Shown: positions 18,851 to 29,088, numbered from the stretch's first letter. The stretch is DNA of 64,000 nucleotides from Candidatus Woesearchaeota archaeon (GCA_038128845.1 JAYPKL010000001.1:42338-106337); one strand, 5' to 3'. The notes: a model not told the origin generated them from the sequence alone. Program-made: numbers and translations.

Positions 18851-20346
18851 AAAAAATAATTTTATCCGGAAGAATGATTTTACTTATATTTTTCCTAATT
18901 ATGTCTTTGGTTGCAATTTCTCCTAAACCTTTTGCAGAAGGTTTTATGATATATAATGTTGAAAAAAATTCTTCTGCGGAGTTTGCGGGAATATCTGTCG
19001 GAGAGAAATTAATATCAATAAATGAAAATTTAATAATAACTTCAGATGATTTGAACAATCTTGATATTGATTATGGAGAAATAATTACAATCAAAACTTC
19101 TGAAAATAATTATAAAATTTTATACTACGGAGATTTTGGATTTGAATTGAGAGAACAAAAAACATCCAATATTCAGAAAGGTCTGGATTTGGTTGGAGGA
19201 GTAAGAGTTGTTCTAAAACCAACTGTGGATTTATCTGAAGAGCAAATTATTGACACTCTGGATTTACTTGAAAAAAGACTTAATGTTTTTGGAGTGAGTG
19301 ATTTAACAATAAGAAATTCTCAAGATTTGGAAGGTACAAATTATATTATTATCGAAATTGCAGGAGCAAATAAAGAAGACGTTTTGAATTTAGTGTCAAA
19401 AAAAGGAGTTTTTGAGGCAAAAATAGGTGAGGACGTAGTTTTTACTGGCGGTAAAGACATAAAATCGGTATGTAGAAGCGTAGAGTGTGCGGGAATTCCC
19501 GCTCAAAATGGATGTTATCCTACTGAAAACGGATACCAATGTAGAAACTTTTTCAGAGTAGATATAACTCCCGACTCTGCAGAATTACACGGTTCAATTA
19601 CAGAAAAATTATCTGTAACAAACGGATATTTGGATAAAAAATTAGATTTATTTTTGGATAATGAATTGATAAGTAGTTTATTTATATCTGAGAGTTTGAA
19701 AGGTTCTAGGTCAACATCATTCACTATTCAAGGTTCTGGAGAGGGAATTAATGAACAAGATGCAATCACAAATTCTTTGAATAATATGAAGGAAATGCAG
19801 ACTCTATTAATTTCAGGATCGCTGCCTTATGAAGTAGAAGTTGAAAGAGTCGATTTAATTTCTGCAGAATTGGGAGAAAGTTTTTTCTCATCTGCAATAT
19901 TGTCTATTATTCTGGCAATTTTTGGAGTTGCAGGGGCAGTATTTGTACGATATAGATCGTGGAAAGTTTCGGTTCCAATTATGATTACTGGAATTAGTGA
20001 AGTTGTGATAATTTTGGGATTTGCTTCTTTAATCAGATGGAATTTAGATTTGGCAGCAATTGCAGGAATTGTTGCAGCAGTTGGAACGGGGGTTGACGAT
20101 CAAATTGTTATAACTGACGAAGTTATGAAAGGAATTAAATTAGATACTACTTGGAGAGAGCGTATGGCAAAGGCGTTTGCAATTATTTTTGCAGCATATT
20201 TCACTATGATCGTTTCAATGTTGCCATTATGGTTCTTGGGTGCAGGTGTATTGAGAGGATTTGCGTTAACTACTATAGTTGGAGTAACAATTGGAGTATT
20301 TATTACAAGACCTGCATTTGCTAAAATGATTGAAACATTAAAATAA
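18847..20346 (+). CDS. secD: protein-export membrane protein SecD
   Basis: 499 aa. Large extracytoplasmic domain (LDLVGGVRVVLKPT...) followed by a 6-TM C-terminal bundle (RND-like). Confidence 0.7.
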   Translation: MKKIILSGRMILLIFFLIMSLVAISPKPFAEGFMIYNVEKNSSAEFAGISVGEKLISINENLIITSDDLNNLDIDYGEIITIKTSENNYKILYYGDFGFELREQKTSNIQKGLDLVGGVRVVLKPTVDLSEEQIIDTLDLLEKRLNVFGVSDLTIRNSQDLEGTNYIIIEIAGANKEDVLNLVSKKGVFEAKIGEDVVFTGGKDIKSVCRSVECAGIPAQNGCYPTENGYQCRNFFRVDITPDSAELHGSITEKLSVTNGYLDKKLDLFLDNELISSLFISESLKGSRSTSFTIQGSGEGINEQDAITNSLNNMKEMQTLLISGSLPYEVEVERVDLISAELGESFFSSAILSIILAIFGVAGAVFVRYRSWKVSVPIMITGISEVVIILGFASLIRWNLDLAAIAGIVAAVGTGVDDQIVITDEVMKGIKLDTTWRERMAKAFAIIFAAYFTMIVSMLPLWFLGAGVLRGFALTTIVGVTIGVFITRPAFAKMIETLK

Positions 20347-20348
20347 AA

Positions 20349-20374
20349 AGCAAGCCAAAGCTTGCTAATTTTTT
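20349..20374. terminator. perfect 7-bp stem/4-nt loop hairpin (AGCAAGC-CAAA-GCTTGCT) followed by a T-tract, between convergent genes
   Basis: Read directly from the sequence. Located 3 nt after the secD stop and 12 nt before the stop of the minus-strand 20386..20661 ORF. Confidence 0.35.
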
Positions 20375-20385
20375 GCAAAATTAAT

Positions 20386-20661
20386 TTATTTATTACTTCT
20401 TTTTGCAGTTGTTTTTCTAGCACCAGTTGATCTTCTTGAAGTAGTAGATCTGCCTGCTGCGACTCTTCTTGAAGATGAAGCTCTTGATCTTGTAGAAGTT
20501 GATCTTGATCTGGAATTAGATCTACTTGCAGAAGATTTACGGGCAGTAGTTGCTCTGCCTGTGGTTGTTCTTCTTGCAGCCGTAGTTGATCTTCTTCCAG
20601 AAGATCTACTTGAAGATCTTGTTGAACTTCTTCCAAGTAATCTTCTCAATAATGTTCGCAT
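20386..20661 (-). CDS. hypothetical highly basic Arg/Ser/Thr-rich low-complexity protein
   Basis: About 92 codons. MRTLLRRLLGRSSTRSSSRSSGRRSTTAARRTTTGRATTARKSSASRSNSRSRSTSTRSRASSSRRVAAGRSTTSRRSTGARKTTAKRSNK. The DNA is locally GC-richer than its surroundings, with repeated AGATCT/AAGATCTT palindromes. A second frame on the same strand is also open (acidic Q/E/L-rich). Confidence 0.3.
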   Translation of the reverse strand: MRTLLRRLLGRSSTRSSSRSSGRRSTTAARRTTTGRATTARKSSASRSNSRSRSTSTRSRASSSRRVAAGRSTTSRRSTGARKTTAKRSNK

Positions 20662-20729
20662 AATGAAAATATATATTGAAGTATATAAATATATCACTAA
20701 GTTTTTTAAGGAAAATTAACAAAAATAAT

Positions 20730-21575
20730 ATGGTTTTAGAAGCATTAGGAAATCCTTCGTATTTACAAAAAAATCCCAAGGAACTATTTATACTTTCTTT
20801 TTCATATACTGCCATTGCAGTTCTACTTTCTCTATGGATTTTTCCAGAATATGCGGGATTAACAATGGTATTTTTTTCAGTTATGGCAACAATTCCGTTA
20901 ATGTTAAAGATGATATTATTTGAAGAAAAAAAATATATGTCAAACCCTTATGATGAAAAACATATAGGTGCAATTAAGTTTTTTGTATTTATGTTTCTAG
21001 GTATGGTGGGTGCATATACTTTGTTTTTTGTAATGTTGCCTGAATCTTCTGTATCAAATCTATTTAGTATTCAATTAGAAACCATTAATCAAATCAATAC
21101 AGATATAAGTAAAACAATAACAGGAAAATATATTGGAGACTTATTTTCAATCATATTGATTAATAATCTCAAAGTGATGGTATTTGCATTACTTTTTTCA
21201 TTTATTTATGGATCTGGAGCAATATTTATTCTTACTTGGAATGCATCAGTAATTTCTGTTGCAATTGGTAGTTTAATTCGTAAAATGATTTATGTGGCGG
21301 GAAGTGCTACTGGATCCGTTTCTGTGACTGGATATTTTGGCGCCATTACTACAGGATTATCGAGATATTTATTGCACGGTATTCCGGAAATTGGTGCTTA
21401 TTTTGTAGCTGGTCTTGCAGGAGGATTAATATCTATAGCAACAATAAAATATCAAATGAATGATTCGAATTTTAGTAAAATTATGAGAGATGTTTTATTT
21501 TTAGTATTTATTTCGATTTTACTAATTGTTTTATCTGCGATTGTTGAAGTTTCAATATCTCCGATGATTGCGTAA
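20730..21575 (+). CDS. polytopic integral membrane protein (possibly SpoIIM/DUF95-like)
   Basis: Start placed at MVLEALG (internal Met of track ORF 20676..21575) to leave room for divergent promoters. At least 6 predicted TM helices. Family assignment is tentative. Confidence 0.45.
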   Translation: MVLEALGNPSYLQKNPKELFILSFSYTAIAVLLSLWIFPEYAGLTMVFFSVMATIPLMLKMILFEEKKYMSNPYDEKHIGAIKFFVFMFLGMVGAYTLFFVMLPESSVSNLFSIQLETINQINTDISKTITGKYIGDLFSIILINNLKVMVFALLFSFIYGSGAIFILTWNASVISVAIGSLIRKMIYVAGSATGSVSVTGYFGAITTGLSRYLLHGIPEIGAYFVAGLAGGLISIATIKYQMNDSNFSKIMRDVLFLVFISILLIVLSAIVEVSISPMIA

Positions 21576-21608
21576 TAGCTTTTTTAAATTTAAGTTTCTC
21601 TTAATAAT

Positions 21609-24098
21609 ATGAGCGAAGAATATATTGATTTTACAAAACAAATTGAATTTTTTAAAAATAAGATTACAAAAATTAAAAATTATAAAAATTTAGAATATAT
21701 GATTTTAGGATCAATTATGCTTTTTGCGTTTTATTTGAGAACGTTGAATTTGAAATTACTTCAAGGTAAATATTTGTTGGGTTTGGATCCATATTATTAT
21801 TTGAGACAATCTACTGAAATCTTAACTTATGGGAAATTGCCGTTTCCCGATTTGATGCGAAATGCTCCTTTCGGTATAGAAAAAAGTTTTGATTTGTTTC
21901 CTTATTTTTTAGCATATTTATCTAAATTTTTTGGATTGTTTGGATTTACTGTCACTGAAACGCACATTTTATATCCTTCAATTATAATGGTATTGTCTTT
22001 AATTCCGTTATATTTTGCAATTAAATTAATATTTGATAAGAATATTGCATTATTATCGGTATTTATTTTAAGTATACTTCCAGCATATTTATTTCGTACA
22101 ATGTCCGGTTTCTCAGATCATGAGTCAATATCTATGTTTTTCATCTTCTTGACATTCTATTTTTTAATTAAGTCTGAAAAAGAATCAAAAAATAAAGGGT
22201 ATATATTTTCGAGTTTGGCTGGATTTTGTACGTTTTTGATGGCCATATTATGGAATGCTTATCCATTTTTATTTATTATTATTGGAAGTTATTATCTGCT
22301 GCAGCTTTTTTTCTCAAAGATAGATTACAAAAAATATTTGATTTTCTTTATATCCTTACTTATTCCGTTTATTTTATTTAAACCGATCAACTTTGGAGAT
22401 ATAGGCCTATTATATTTAATTTTAATTTCTCTGGTTATTTTATTAAATGAAAAATTTAATTTTGAGAAAAGAATAAATATTCCGAATATTGTTTCAACTT
22501 TAATTATTTTGTTTTTTATGAGTATTATATTTATAATTTTCTCGGACATAATTTCAATTTCTGAAATTATGAACAAACTTTTGAATGCGGGCGGAGTTGC
22601 TAAAGTAGATTTTACTACTTCTGAAGCAATATCAACGAAAGTTATGGGATCGAATGGTTATTATTCTCAGTTTAATGAATTTATATTCATAAGTTTTATT
22701 GGTTTTATATTTTTATTAAATAATATATTTTCAAAACTCAATAAAAAGGAGAATATTATTCTCACCAGCATATTCTCATTATCCGTAGGTTTAGTTATTT
22801 TTGGTAATTGGAATTCTAATATTATTTTGATGAAAGACAATTATATTTATTTCTTATTTGCAATTTTTATATTATTTAATCTATATTACTCGCAAATATA
22901 TCGTAGAAAAGACCATCATAAAATAAATAAAATTAAAAATCCGGAAATTTTATTGTTTGTTTCATATTTTTTAATTTCAGGTTTACTTGCTCGAACGGCT
23001 GTAAGATTTTTATTTTTAATGAGTCCAATAGTTGCAATACTTTCCGGTTATGCGATTAATAAAATTTATATTAAACTAAAAAAGAATAAAATTTATTCTC
23101 TTGGATTAATTATAATTTTTGCAATACTTGCAGCAGGTTCAATTAACCAGTCAATATTAATGGGTAAATCTATGGGAAGTAATTTTCCTGGTCAATGGGA
23201 AACTTCTATGAATTGGATTTCAGATAATATAGAAGAAGATGCAATTTTTGCTCATTGGTGGGATTACGGATATTGGACTCAATATGCGGGGAAAAAGGCA
23301 ACGGTCAGCGACGGAGGAAGAGCAGGAGGAGATTTGGGAATATATACTTTGGCAAGATACGGTATGTTGGGATCTGATGAACAGGAAACATTATCTTATT
23401 TTAAATCAAGAAATGTAGAATATCTTTTGTATTCTGAAGAAGAATTATATAAGTATGGTGCATTTTCATATATTGGTTCTGATATTAACAACGATAAAAA
23501 GTCAAACATAGGTATGTTTATATTAACAGATATTAAAGAAATCAGAGAAGGAAATAAATTAACTTACTCGGGAAATTGGATATTAGATTCTGATATAATT
23601 GAAGGAAATAAATTAATTAATGAAGGTGCAGCTGCAATAAATAAAATCTCATTAAATTTAGACTATGAAGGAAATTTAATTGGTGAACCGAAACTAAATC
23701 TAATTTCAAAAAATTTCCAAAAAGAATATGATCTAGGTTGTGTGTATTTTAATGGAATTAAAATATTAAATAATGATAAACCTCTAAATTATTGCATAAC
23801 TTTAATACCTTCTATAAGCGCAAATGGTGCAACTCAAGAACTGGGTGCAATACTTTTGCAATCAAATAAAGTACATGGTACTTTATTTTCTGAATTATAT
23901 ATAAACGATAAAAAAACTTCAAATTACGTAAAAGTTTATCAAGACAATACTCCTTTGGCAATGTATAACGGAAGATTAATTGGTCCAATAAAAATTTGGA
24001 AAATTAATTATACGGGTAATGAAAATAATTTTGATAGATTTTTAGAACAAGGAGTCCATGAAAAATATTATCCAAATAACGGAATATATAGCATTTAA
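21609..24098 (+). CDS. aglB: archaeal oligosaccharyltransferase AglB (STT3 family)
   Basis: 829 aa. About 13 N-terminal TM helices, then a soluble domain containing the diagnostic WWDYG motif (FAHWWDYGYWTQY). Confidence 0.85.
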   Translation: MSEEYIDFTKQIEFFKNKITKIKNYKNLEYMILGSIMLFAFYLRTLNLKLLQGKYLLGLDPYYYLRQSTEILTYGKLPFPDLMRNAPFGIEKSFDLFPYFLAYLSKFFGLFGFTVTETHILYPSIIMVLSLIPLYFAIKLIFDKNIALLSVFILSILPAYLFRTMSGFSDHESISMFFIFLTFYFLIKSEKESKNKGYIFSSLAGFCTFLMAILWNAYPFLFIIIGSYYLLQLFFSKIDYKKYLIFFISLLIPFILFKPINFGDIGLLYLILISLVILLNEKFNFEKRINIPNIVSTLIILFFMSIIFIIFSDIISISEIMNKLLNAGGVAKVDFTTSEAISTKVMGSNGYYSQFNEFIFISFIGFIFLLNNIFSKLNKKENIILTSIFSLSVGLVIFGNWNSNIILMKDNYIYFLFAIFILFNLYYSQIYRRKDHHKINKIKNPEILLFVSYFLISGLLARTAVRFLFLMSPIVAILSGYAINKIYIKLKKNKIYSLGLIIIFAILAAGSINQSILMGKSMGSNFPGQWETSMNWISDNIEEDAIFAHWWDYGYWTQYAGKKATVSDGGRAGGDLGIYTLARYGMLGSDEQETLSYFKSRNVEYLLYSEEELYKYGAFSYIGSDINNDKKSNIGMFILTDIKEIREGNKLTYSGNWILDSDIIEGNKLINEGAAAINKISLNLDYEGNLIGEPKLNLISKNFQKEYDLGCVYFNGIKILNNDKPLNYCITLIPSISANGATQELGAILLQSNKVHGTLFSELYINDKKTSNYVKVYQDNTPLAMYNGRLIGPIKIWKINYTGNENNFDRFLEQGVHEKYYPNNGIYSI

Positions 24099-24123
24099 TA
24101 AAATATATAAATAAAAATAAAAT

Positions 24124-24825
24124 TTGAATAAAATGAAAAAAGGGATATTAATTACGCTCTATAACGAAGCACCAAGAATAGAAAAAGTTTTGAGTAGATT
24201 AAAAAATTACAATTTAATATTAGTAAATGATGGTTCAACAGATGATACTCTGAAAATAATTAAAAATCATAAAAATGCCCACATAATAACTTATAAAAAA
24301 AATAAAGGAAAAGGCTATGCTTTACAAAAAGGAATATCCTATGCAAAAAATAATAATTATGATGCTTTGATTTTAATGGATGGGGATGGGCAACATAACT
24401 CTCTCGATATTAAAAAATTTGAAAAAAAATTGTCGGAAGGATACGATATAGTAATTGGATCTCGATTTTTAAAAAATAATAGTAATGTTCCGTTTATGAG
24501 AAAAATTATTTTATTTGGAGGTAAAATAATTGAAAGAATAATAATTGGAATAAATTTAACTGATGCACATAATGGTTTTAGGGCAATGAATAAACGTGCT
24601 ATGAAAAAAATAAAATTGACTGAAAATCGAATGTCTTATGCGTCTCAATTGATGTTTGAAGTTAAAAAACATAAATTAAATTATTGCGAAGTGCCAGTAA
24701 AAATAAAATACACAAAAGAAACGTTGGAAAAAGGTACGGGATCATTGTTTACCGGATTTAAAATAATATTTAGATTAATTCCATTAAAAATAAGATATTT
24801 AAAGTTTAATGGAGTGAAGAAATAG
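24124..24825 (+). CDS. GT2-family glycosyltransferase (dolichyl-phosphate sugar transferase-like)
   Basis: ILITLYNEAPRI, DGSTDDT (DxD) and LILMDGDGQH motifs of GT-A fold Dpm1-like transferases. Confidence 0.75.
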   Translation: MNKMKKGILITLYNEAPRIEKVLSRLKNYNLILVNDGSTDDTLKIIKNHKNAHIITYKKNKGKGYALQKGISYAKNNNYDALILMDGDGQHNSLDIKKFEKKLSEGYDIVIGSRFLKNNSNVPFMRKIILFGGKIIERIIIGINLTDAHNGFRAMNKRAMKKIKLTENRMSYASQLMFEVKKHKLNYCEVPVKIKYTKETLEKGTGSLFTGFKIIFRLIPLKIRYLKFNGVKK

Positions 24826-25139
24826 TGGTATCAAAAAAAAGTTTAGCTCTAAGTAAAATGTTTATGTCTAGAACTGCAGGCTATTTAGGTCTTATTAATG
24901 CAGGAATGATTCTTTTTTTGGTATTAAGTCGATTTGAAGACTATGGTTTTGATATAGAGATTGAGAGATATTTCTTTTTAATAGTGCTTTTTGGACTGGT
25001 TATTCTTGCAATATTTGGCTGGTTAGATGATAAATTGGGTTTTCATCAATTGGAAAGAGAGCATATTGAAAATAGAAATCCTTACATGAAAAAAATTCTA
25101 TTACGTCTAGATGAAATTGAAAAAAAATTAAATAAATAA
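24825..25139 (+). CDS. small two-TM membrane protein (hypothetical), translationally coupled to GT2 gene
   Basis: 104 aa with two hydrophobic helices. Its start overlaps the GT2 stop. Confidence 0.35.
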   Translation: MVSKKSLALSKMFMSRTAGYLGLINAGMILFLVLSRFEDYGFDIEIERYFFLIVLFGLVILAIFGWLDDKLGFHQLEREHIENRNPYMKKILLRLDEIEKKLNK

Positions 25140-25142
25140 TAA

Positions 25143-25805
25143 CTATTTTTTTAATTCAAATATTCTTGTTGGAGCAAACGCAGGTTTAATCAATGAAATT
25201 AAATATTCCAAATAATAAAGCGGCTTTATTGTATGGATAAAAGTATAAGCGGAATTTTTTATCTTAAGACCATTGTTTTCAATTAATCTTTTTAGAGTAA
25301 TTGGATCAAAATACATAGTATGTTCTGAATTTACGGGAGGATCTACAAACAATAAACTAAAAATAAGATTTCTGAATGAAAAAGTATTTGGAGTTGTTAT
25401 TATAATGCTGCCATTTTTTTTAATTGATTTTTTTGCAGATTTTAAAAAATTTCCGGGATTATTTAAATGTTCAATTAGTTCTCCTGCAATGATTAAATCA
25501 TATTTATTATTGAAATCAAAATCTTCCGCATTTCCATAAATTACGTCATGTCCTTTTTTTCGTAAAATAGAAACTTCCTTCTTAAGATAATCCATTCCGG
25601 TAACTTTTTTTGAATGTTTTTTTAAGAAACTATGTAGGCTTGAATCAGAATTAAAATGTTTTATTTTATGTCCTATACATCCAATGTCCAATATTTTTTT
25701 ATTTTTTATCTTATCTAATAAAAAATCATTACGGTACCTAACCTTAGTAGTTATTATTTTTTTTAATGTTAGTGAAGCGCCATTTCCAATTTGATTAATT
25801 TCCAT
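25143..25805 (-). CDS. class I SAM-dependent methyltransferase
   Basis: ILDIGCIGHKIKHF (motif I) and DLIIAGELIEHLNNP (motif II/III). Confidence 0.6.
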   Translation of the reverse strand: MEINQIGNGASLTLKKIITTKVRYRNDFLLDKIKNKKILDIGCIGHKIKHFNSDSSLHSFLKKHSKKVTGMDYLKKEVSILRKKGHDVIYGNAEDFDFNNKYDLIIAGELIEHLNNPGNFLKSAKKSIKKNGSIIITTPNTFSFRNLIFSLLFVDPPVNSEHTMYFDPITLKRLIENNGLKIKNSAYTFIHTIKPLYYLEYLISLIKPAFAPTRIFELKK

Positions 25806-25886
25806 ATTATTAATTTAAATTTATTTTTATAAACTTATCATTATATAATAAAACAAAGCTTAAAAATAGAGAATATAGAGAAATCT

Positions 25887-26825
25887 ATGAAATATGTTAT
25901 TACTGGCGGTGCCGGTTTTATTGGAAGTAATATTTGTAAAAAAATCGTAGAAAATGGCGATTTTGTTAAAGTAATAGATAATTTGAGCACCGGATACAAA
26001 AAAAATATATCTGAGTTGTTTGAACATAAAAATTTTGAATTTATAAAAATGGATCTAGTAGATTATAGTAAATTAGTTGATGAATTGAAAGGATACGATT
26101 GCGTAATACATTTGGCCGCTTTGAATTCAGTTCCCAGAAGTTTTAAATATCCTCGAGAAACTTTTATAAATAATTTAATGAGTTGCATAAATATTTTGGA
26201 GGCTTCAAGAATAAATAATATAAAAAATATTGTAATCTCGTCCTCTAGTTCTGTTTATGGAGATTCAGAATTACTTCCTAAATCTGAAGATATGATTAAA
26301 AATCCAAAATCCATGTATGCTCAACAAAAAAGTTCAATGGAAGACTTTTGTGAACAATATGCTAAAAATTATGAAATGAATATAACTTGTCTCAGATATT
26401 TTAATGTTTTTGGACCGCATCAAGATCCCGATTCAGAATATTCTGCAGTTATACCTCTTTTTATTAAAAAAATAAAGTCTAACGAAGAGATTATTGTTAA
26501 TGGATCAGATCAAATAAGTAGAGATTTTACTTATGTTGATAATGTGGTTAATGGAACGATCGGCATAACCAAATCAGAGCTACGTGGATTTAATTTTTTT
26601 AATATGGCCGGAGGAGATCGAATAACTCTAAAAAAAATGATTGAATTAATTGGTAAAAACCTAGGAGTTGAACCTATAGTAAAAATTGGACCGTATAGAG
26701 TGGGAGATATTATGCACAGCATGGCTTCAACAATTAAACTAAGTAAGGCTTTGAAAATGGATGAACTTATTTCATTTGAAGACGGAATAAAAAATACGGT
26801 TAAGTATTTTCAAGATAGAATATGA
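25887..26825 (+). CDS. NAD-dependent nucleotide-sugar epimerase/dehydratase (SDR family, UDP-sugar 4-epimerase-like)
   Basis: ITGGAGFIGSN Rossmann motif and the catalytic SMYAQQK (YxxxK). 312 aa. Confidence 0.75.
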   Translation: MKYVITGGAGFIGSNICKKIVENGDFVKVIDNLSTGYKKNISELFEHKNFEFIKMDLVDYSKLVDELKGYDCVIHLAALNSVPRSFKYPRETFINNLMSCINILEASRINNIKNIVISSSSSVYGDSELLPKSEDMIKNPKSMYAQQKSSMEDFCEQYAKNYEMNITCLRYFNVFGPHQDPDSEYSAVIPLFIKKIKSNEEIIVNGSDQISRDFTYVDNVVNGTIGITKSELRGFNFFNMAGGDRITLKKMIELIGKNLGVEPIVKIGPYRVGDIMHSMASTIKLSKALKMDELISFEDGIKNTVKYFQDRI

Positions 26826-27982
26826 AAATTGCAGTAATTGGCATGGGTTATGTGGGTATACCGCTGGCTTATAATTTATCTAAGAATTTTGAAACAATTG
26901 GATACGATATTGATAAGAATAAAATTAATGAATTAAAATCTGGAAATGATTGCATAGGAGAATATACAAAAAAGGAAATAAATGAATCGAGTATAAAATT
27001 TACTTATGACTCAGATGAGCTAAAAAACGCAGAAGTATTTATTGTATGTGTACCCACTCCAATCGATATAGATAAAAAACCCAATTTATCTCACCTCGAA
27101 TCTGCAACCAAATTAATTTCTAAAAAAATGAATAAAAATAGTTTAGTTATTTATGAAAGCACAGTATATCCAGGATTAACAGAAGATTTTTGCGGTAAGA
27201 TTATTGAAGAAGCAGGATTTAAATTAAATAAAGACTATTATTTAGGATACAGTCCGGAAAGAGTTAATCCGGGGGATAAAATAAATAAAATAGATAAAAT
27301 TGTAAAATTAATTTCATGTTCTGACTCAAATAAATTAGATTTAATGGAAAAAATATATGGTAGTTTCACTAAAACACATAGAGTTGAATCAATTAAAATT
27401 GCAGAAGCATCTAAGGCAATTGAAAATGCCCAAAGAGATATCAACATAGCATTTATGAATGAGTTAAAAAATTTATTTAAAAAAACGGATTTGGATTTTA
27501 ATAAAATTTTATCTGCTGCAAAAACAAAATGGAATTTCTTAAATTTTTATCCGGGTCTAGTTGGCGGTCATTGTATTCCGGTTGATCCGTATTATTTAGC
27601 AGAATATGCTAAATTGAATAATTTTAAAACAGATTTAATTCTTTCAGGAAGAAAAATAAATGATGAAATGTACTTGAATTATAAAAAATATATTAAAAAT
27701 AAAATAAAGGGGGAAAAATTAATATTGCTGGGTTTGACTTTTAAAGAAAATGTTAATGATTTTAGATCGAGTCAGGCAATTAAATTGGCAAAAACATTGA
27801 ATTCTGAATACGAAATAAAATGTTATGATCCTTACGCTTCCGAAGAATTTTATTTATCTAATGGTCTGTCTAAGGCTTCTGAATCTGAACTTTCTAATGA
27901 TGAAATACCTAAAATAATATTGGTAAATCATTCAATGCTATTAAATAAATTTAAAAATGCAATTTTATTGAATGAATTATGA
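26822..27982 (+). CDS. UDP-sugar/nucleotide-sugar 6-dehydrogenase (UDP-glucose/GDP-mannose dehydrogenase family)
   Basis: MKIAVIGMGYVGIPLA N-terminal NAD-binding motif, a catalytic Cys region (GGHCIP) and a C-terminal UDP-binding domain. 386 aa. Confidence 0.75.
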   Translation: MKIAVIGMGYVGIPLAYNLSKNFETIGYDIDKNKINELKSGNDCIGEYTKKEINESSIKFTYDSDELKNAEVFIVCVPTPIDIDKKPNLSHLESATKLISKKMNKNSLVIYESTVYPGLTEDFCGKIIEEAGFKLNKDYYLGYSPERVNPGDKINKIDKIVKLISCSDSNKLDLMEKIYGSFTKTHRVESIKIAEASKAIENAQRDINIAFMNELKNLFKKTDLDFNKILSAAKTKWNFLNFYPGLVGGHCIPVDPYYLAEYAKLNNFKTDLILSGRKINDEMYLNYKKYIKNKIKGEKLILLGLTFKENVNDFRSSQAIKLAKTLNSEYEIKCYDPYASEEFYLSNGLSKASESELSNDEIPKIILVNHSMLLNKFKNAILLNEL

Positions 27983-29040
27983 AAAAAGTATTAATTATAT
28001 CTCCGTACTATGATGATGTGAATCACTGGATGGTTTCTACAATAAAGTATGCTGAAAATCTTTCAAAAATTTCAAAAGTTATTGTTTTTGCAGGAGGAAA
28101 TAAAACGGCAGTTAGGAAAAAAAATAATCTTAAAATATATACTTTTAAGGATTTTTTTATAAGAGATCCTGCAAATTATGGAATAATACCTTTTCAATTT
28201 ATTAAATTAAGTAAAATATTAAAAAAAGAAAAACCAGACCACGTGTTAATAAATAAACATATGTTTCATACTGCTTTATGTTCCATTTATTTAAAATACA
28301 AAAAAATACCTTTTACAATTTCAACAGATACTTTTCCAGGTTATGTTTGGTGGAGTGAAAATAGATTTGTTAATCTAGTTATATATTTTTATTCAAGAAC
28401 AATAGGTAATCTTGCTTTGAAACTTTCAGATAAAGTAATTCTCTTTCACGAAGGTTTGATACCTACTGCAAAAAAATTAAAACTTAATTATAAAGTTATA
28501 CATAATGGAATAGATTTAACAAAAATTAAAAAATATAAAAAGAAAAAATCAAATAAAATCATTATTGGATATGTTGGACGTTTAGAATCTGTAAAAAGAT
28601 ATCAAGATATAATAGAAGTTTCAAAAAGATTTTCAGATGATGTTGAATTTCACTTTATTGGTGAAAATAAAAAATATATTTCTAATAAAAATTTAAAATT
28701 TTTGGGTCACAAAAAAAATGTTTATCCGTTTATTTCAAAGTTTGATATTTTTTTAATAACATCTAAATCAGAAGGTTTACCTAATGCTTTGATGGAAGCA
28801 ATGTCTTTAGGAGTTGCTCCAATAGTTACAGACGTAGGTGGAAATAAAATACTTGTAAAAAATATGAAAAACGGTATAAACTATCCTGTCGGGGATATCA
28901 ATAAATTAGAAAAAGCAATAAAATATTTAATTAAGAATGAAAGAAAAAGAGAAGAATTTGGTTCAAAAAGTAAAAAAATTATTGAAGATAAATTTAATTG
29001 GAAAATGATTTCAAAAAAAATTTTAAATTATTTAGCGTAA
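27979..29040 (+). CDS. GT4 (GT-B fold) glycosyltransferase
   Basis: C-terminal EGLPNALMEAMSLGVAPIVTDVGG (the E-x7-E region of retaining GT4 enzymes). Confidence 0.7.
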   Translation: MKKVLIISPYYDDVNHWMVSTIKYAENLSKISKVIVFAGGNKTAVRKKNNLKIYTFKDFFIRDPANYGIIPFQFIKLSKILKKEKPDHVLINKHMFHTALCSIYLKYKKIPFTISTDTFPGYVWWSENRFVNLVIYFYSRTIGNLALKLSDKVILFHEGLIPTAKKLKLNYKVIHNGIDLTKIKKYKKKKSNKIIIGYVGRLESVKRYQDIIEVSKRFSDDVEFHFIGENKKYISNKNLKFLGHKKNVYPFISKFDIFLITSKSEGLPNALMEAMSLGVAPIVTDVGGNKILVKNMKNGINYPVGDINKLEKAIKYLIKNERKREEFGSKSKKIIEDKFNWKMISKKILNYLA

Positions 29041-29088
29041 TCAATTCAGTATAGAAAAGTATTTAATTAAAATTTAGCTTTAATTCTT

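Noticed and set aside
20100-20636. Minus-strand 178-aa ORF (acidic Q/E/L-rich) as an independent gene
   Set aside because: Its 3' 250 bp run antisense through the well-supported secD 3' end and across the intergenic hairpin, so the ORF as drawn is not credible. Its 5' part is kept only as an alternative frame in the GC-rich island finding.
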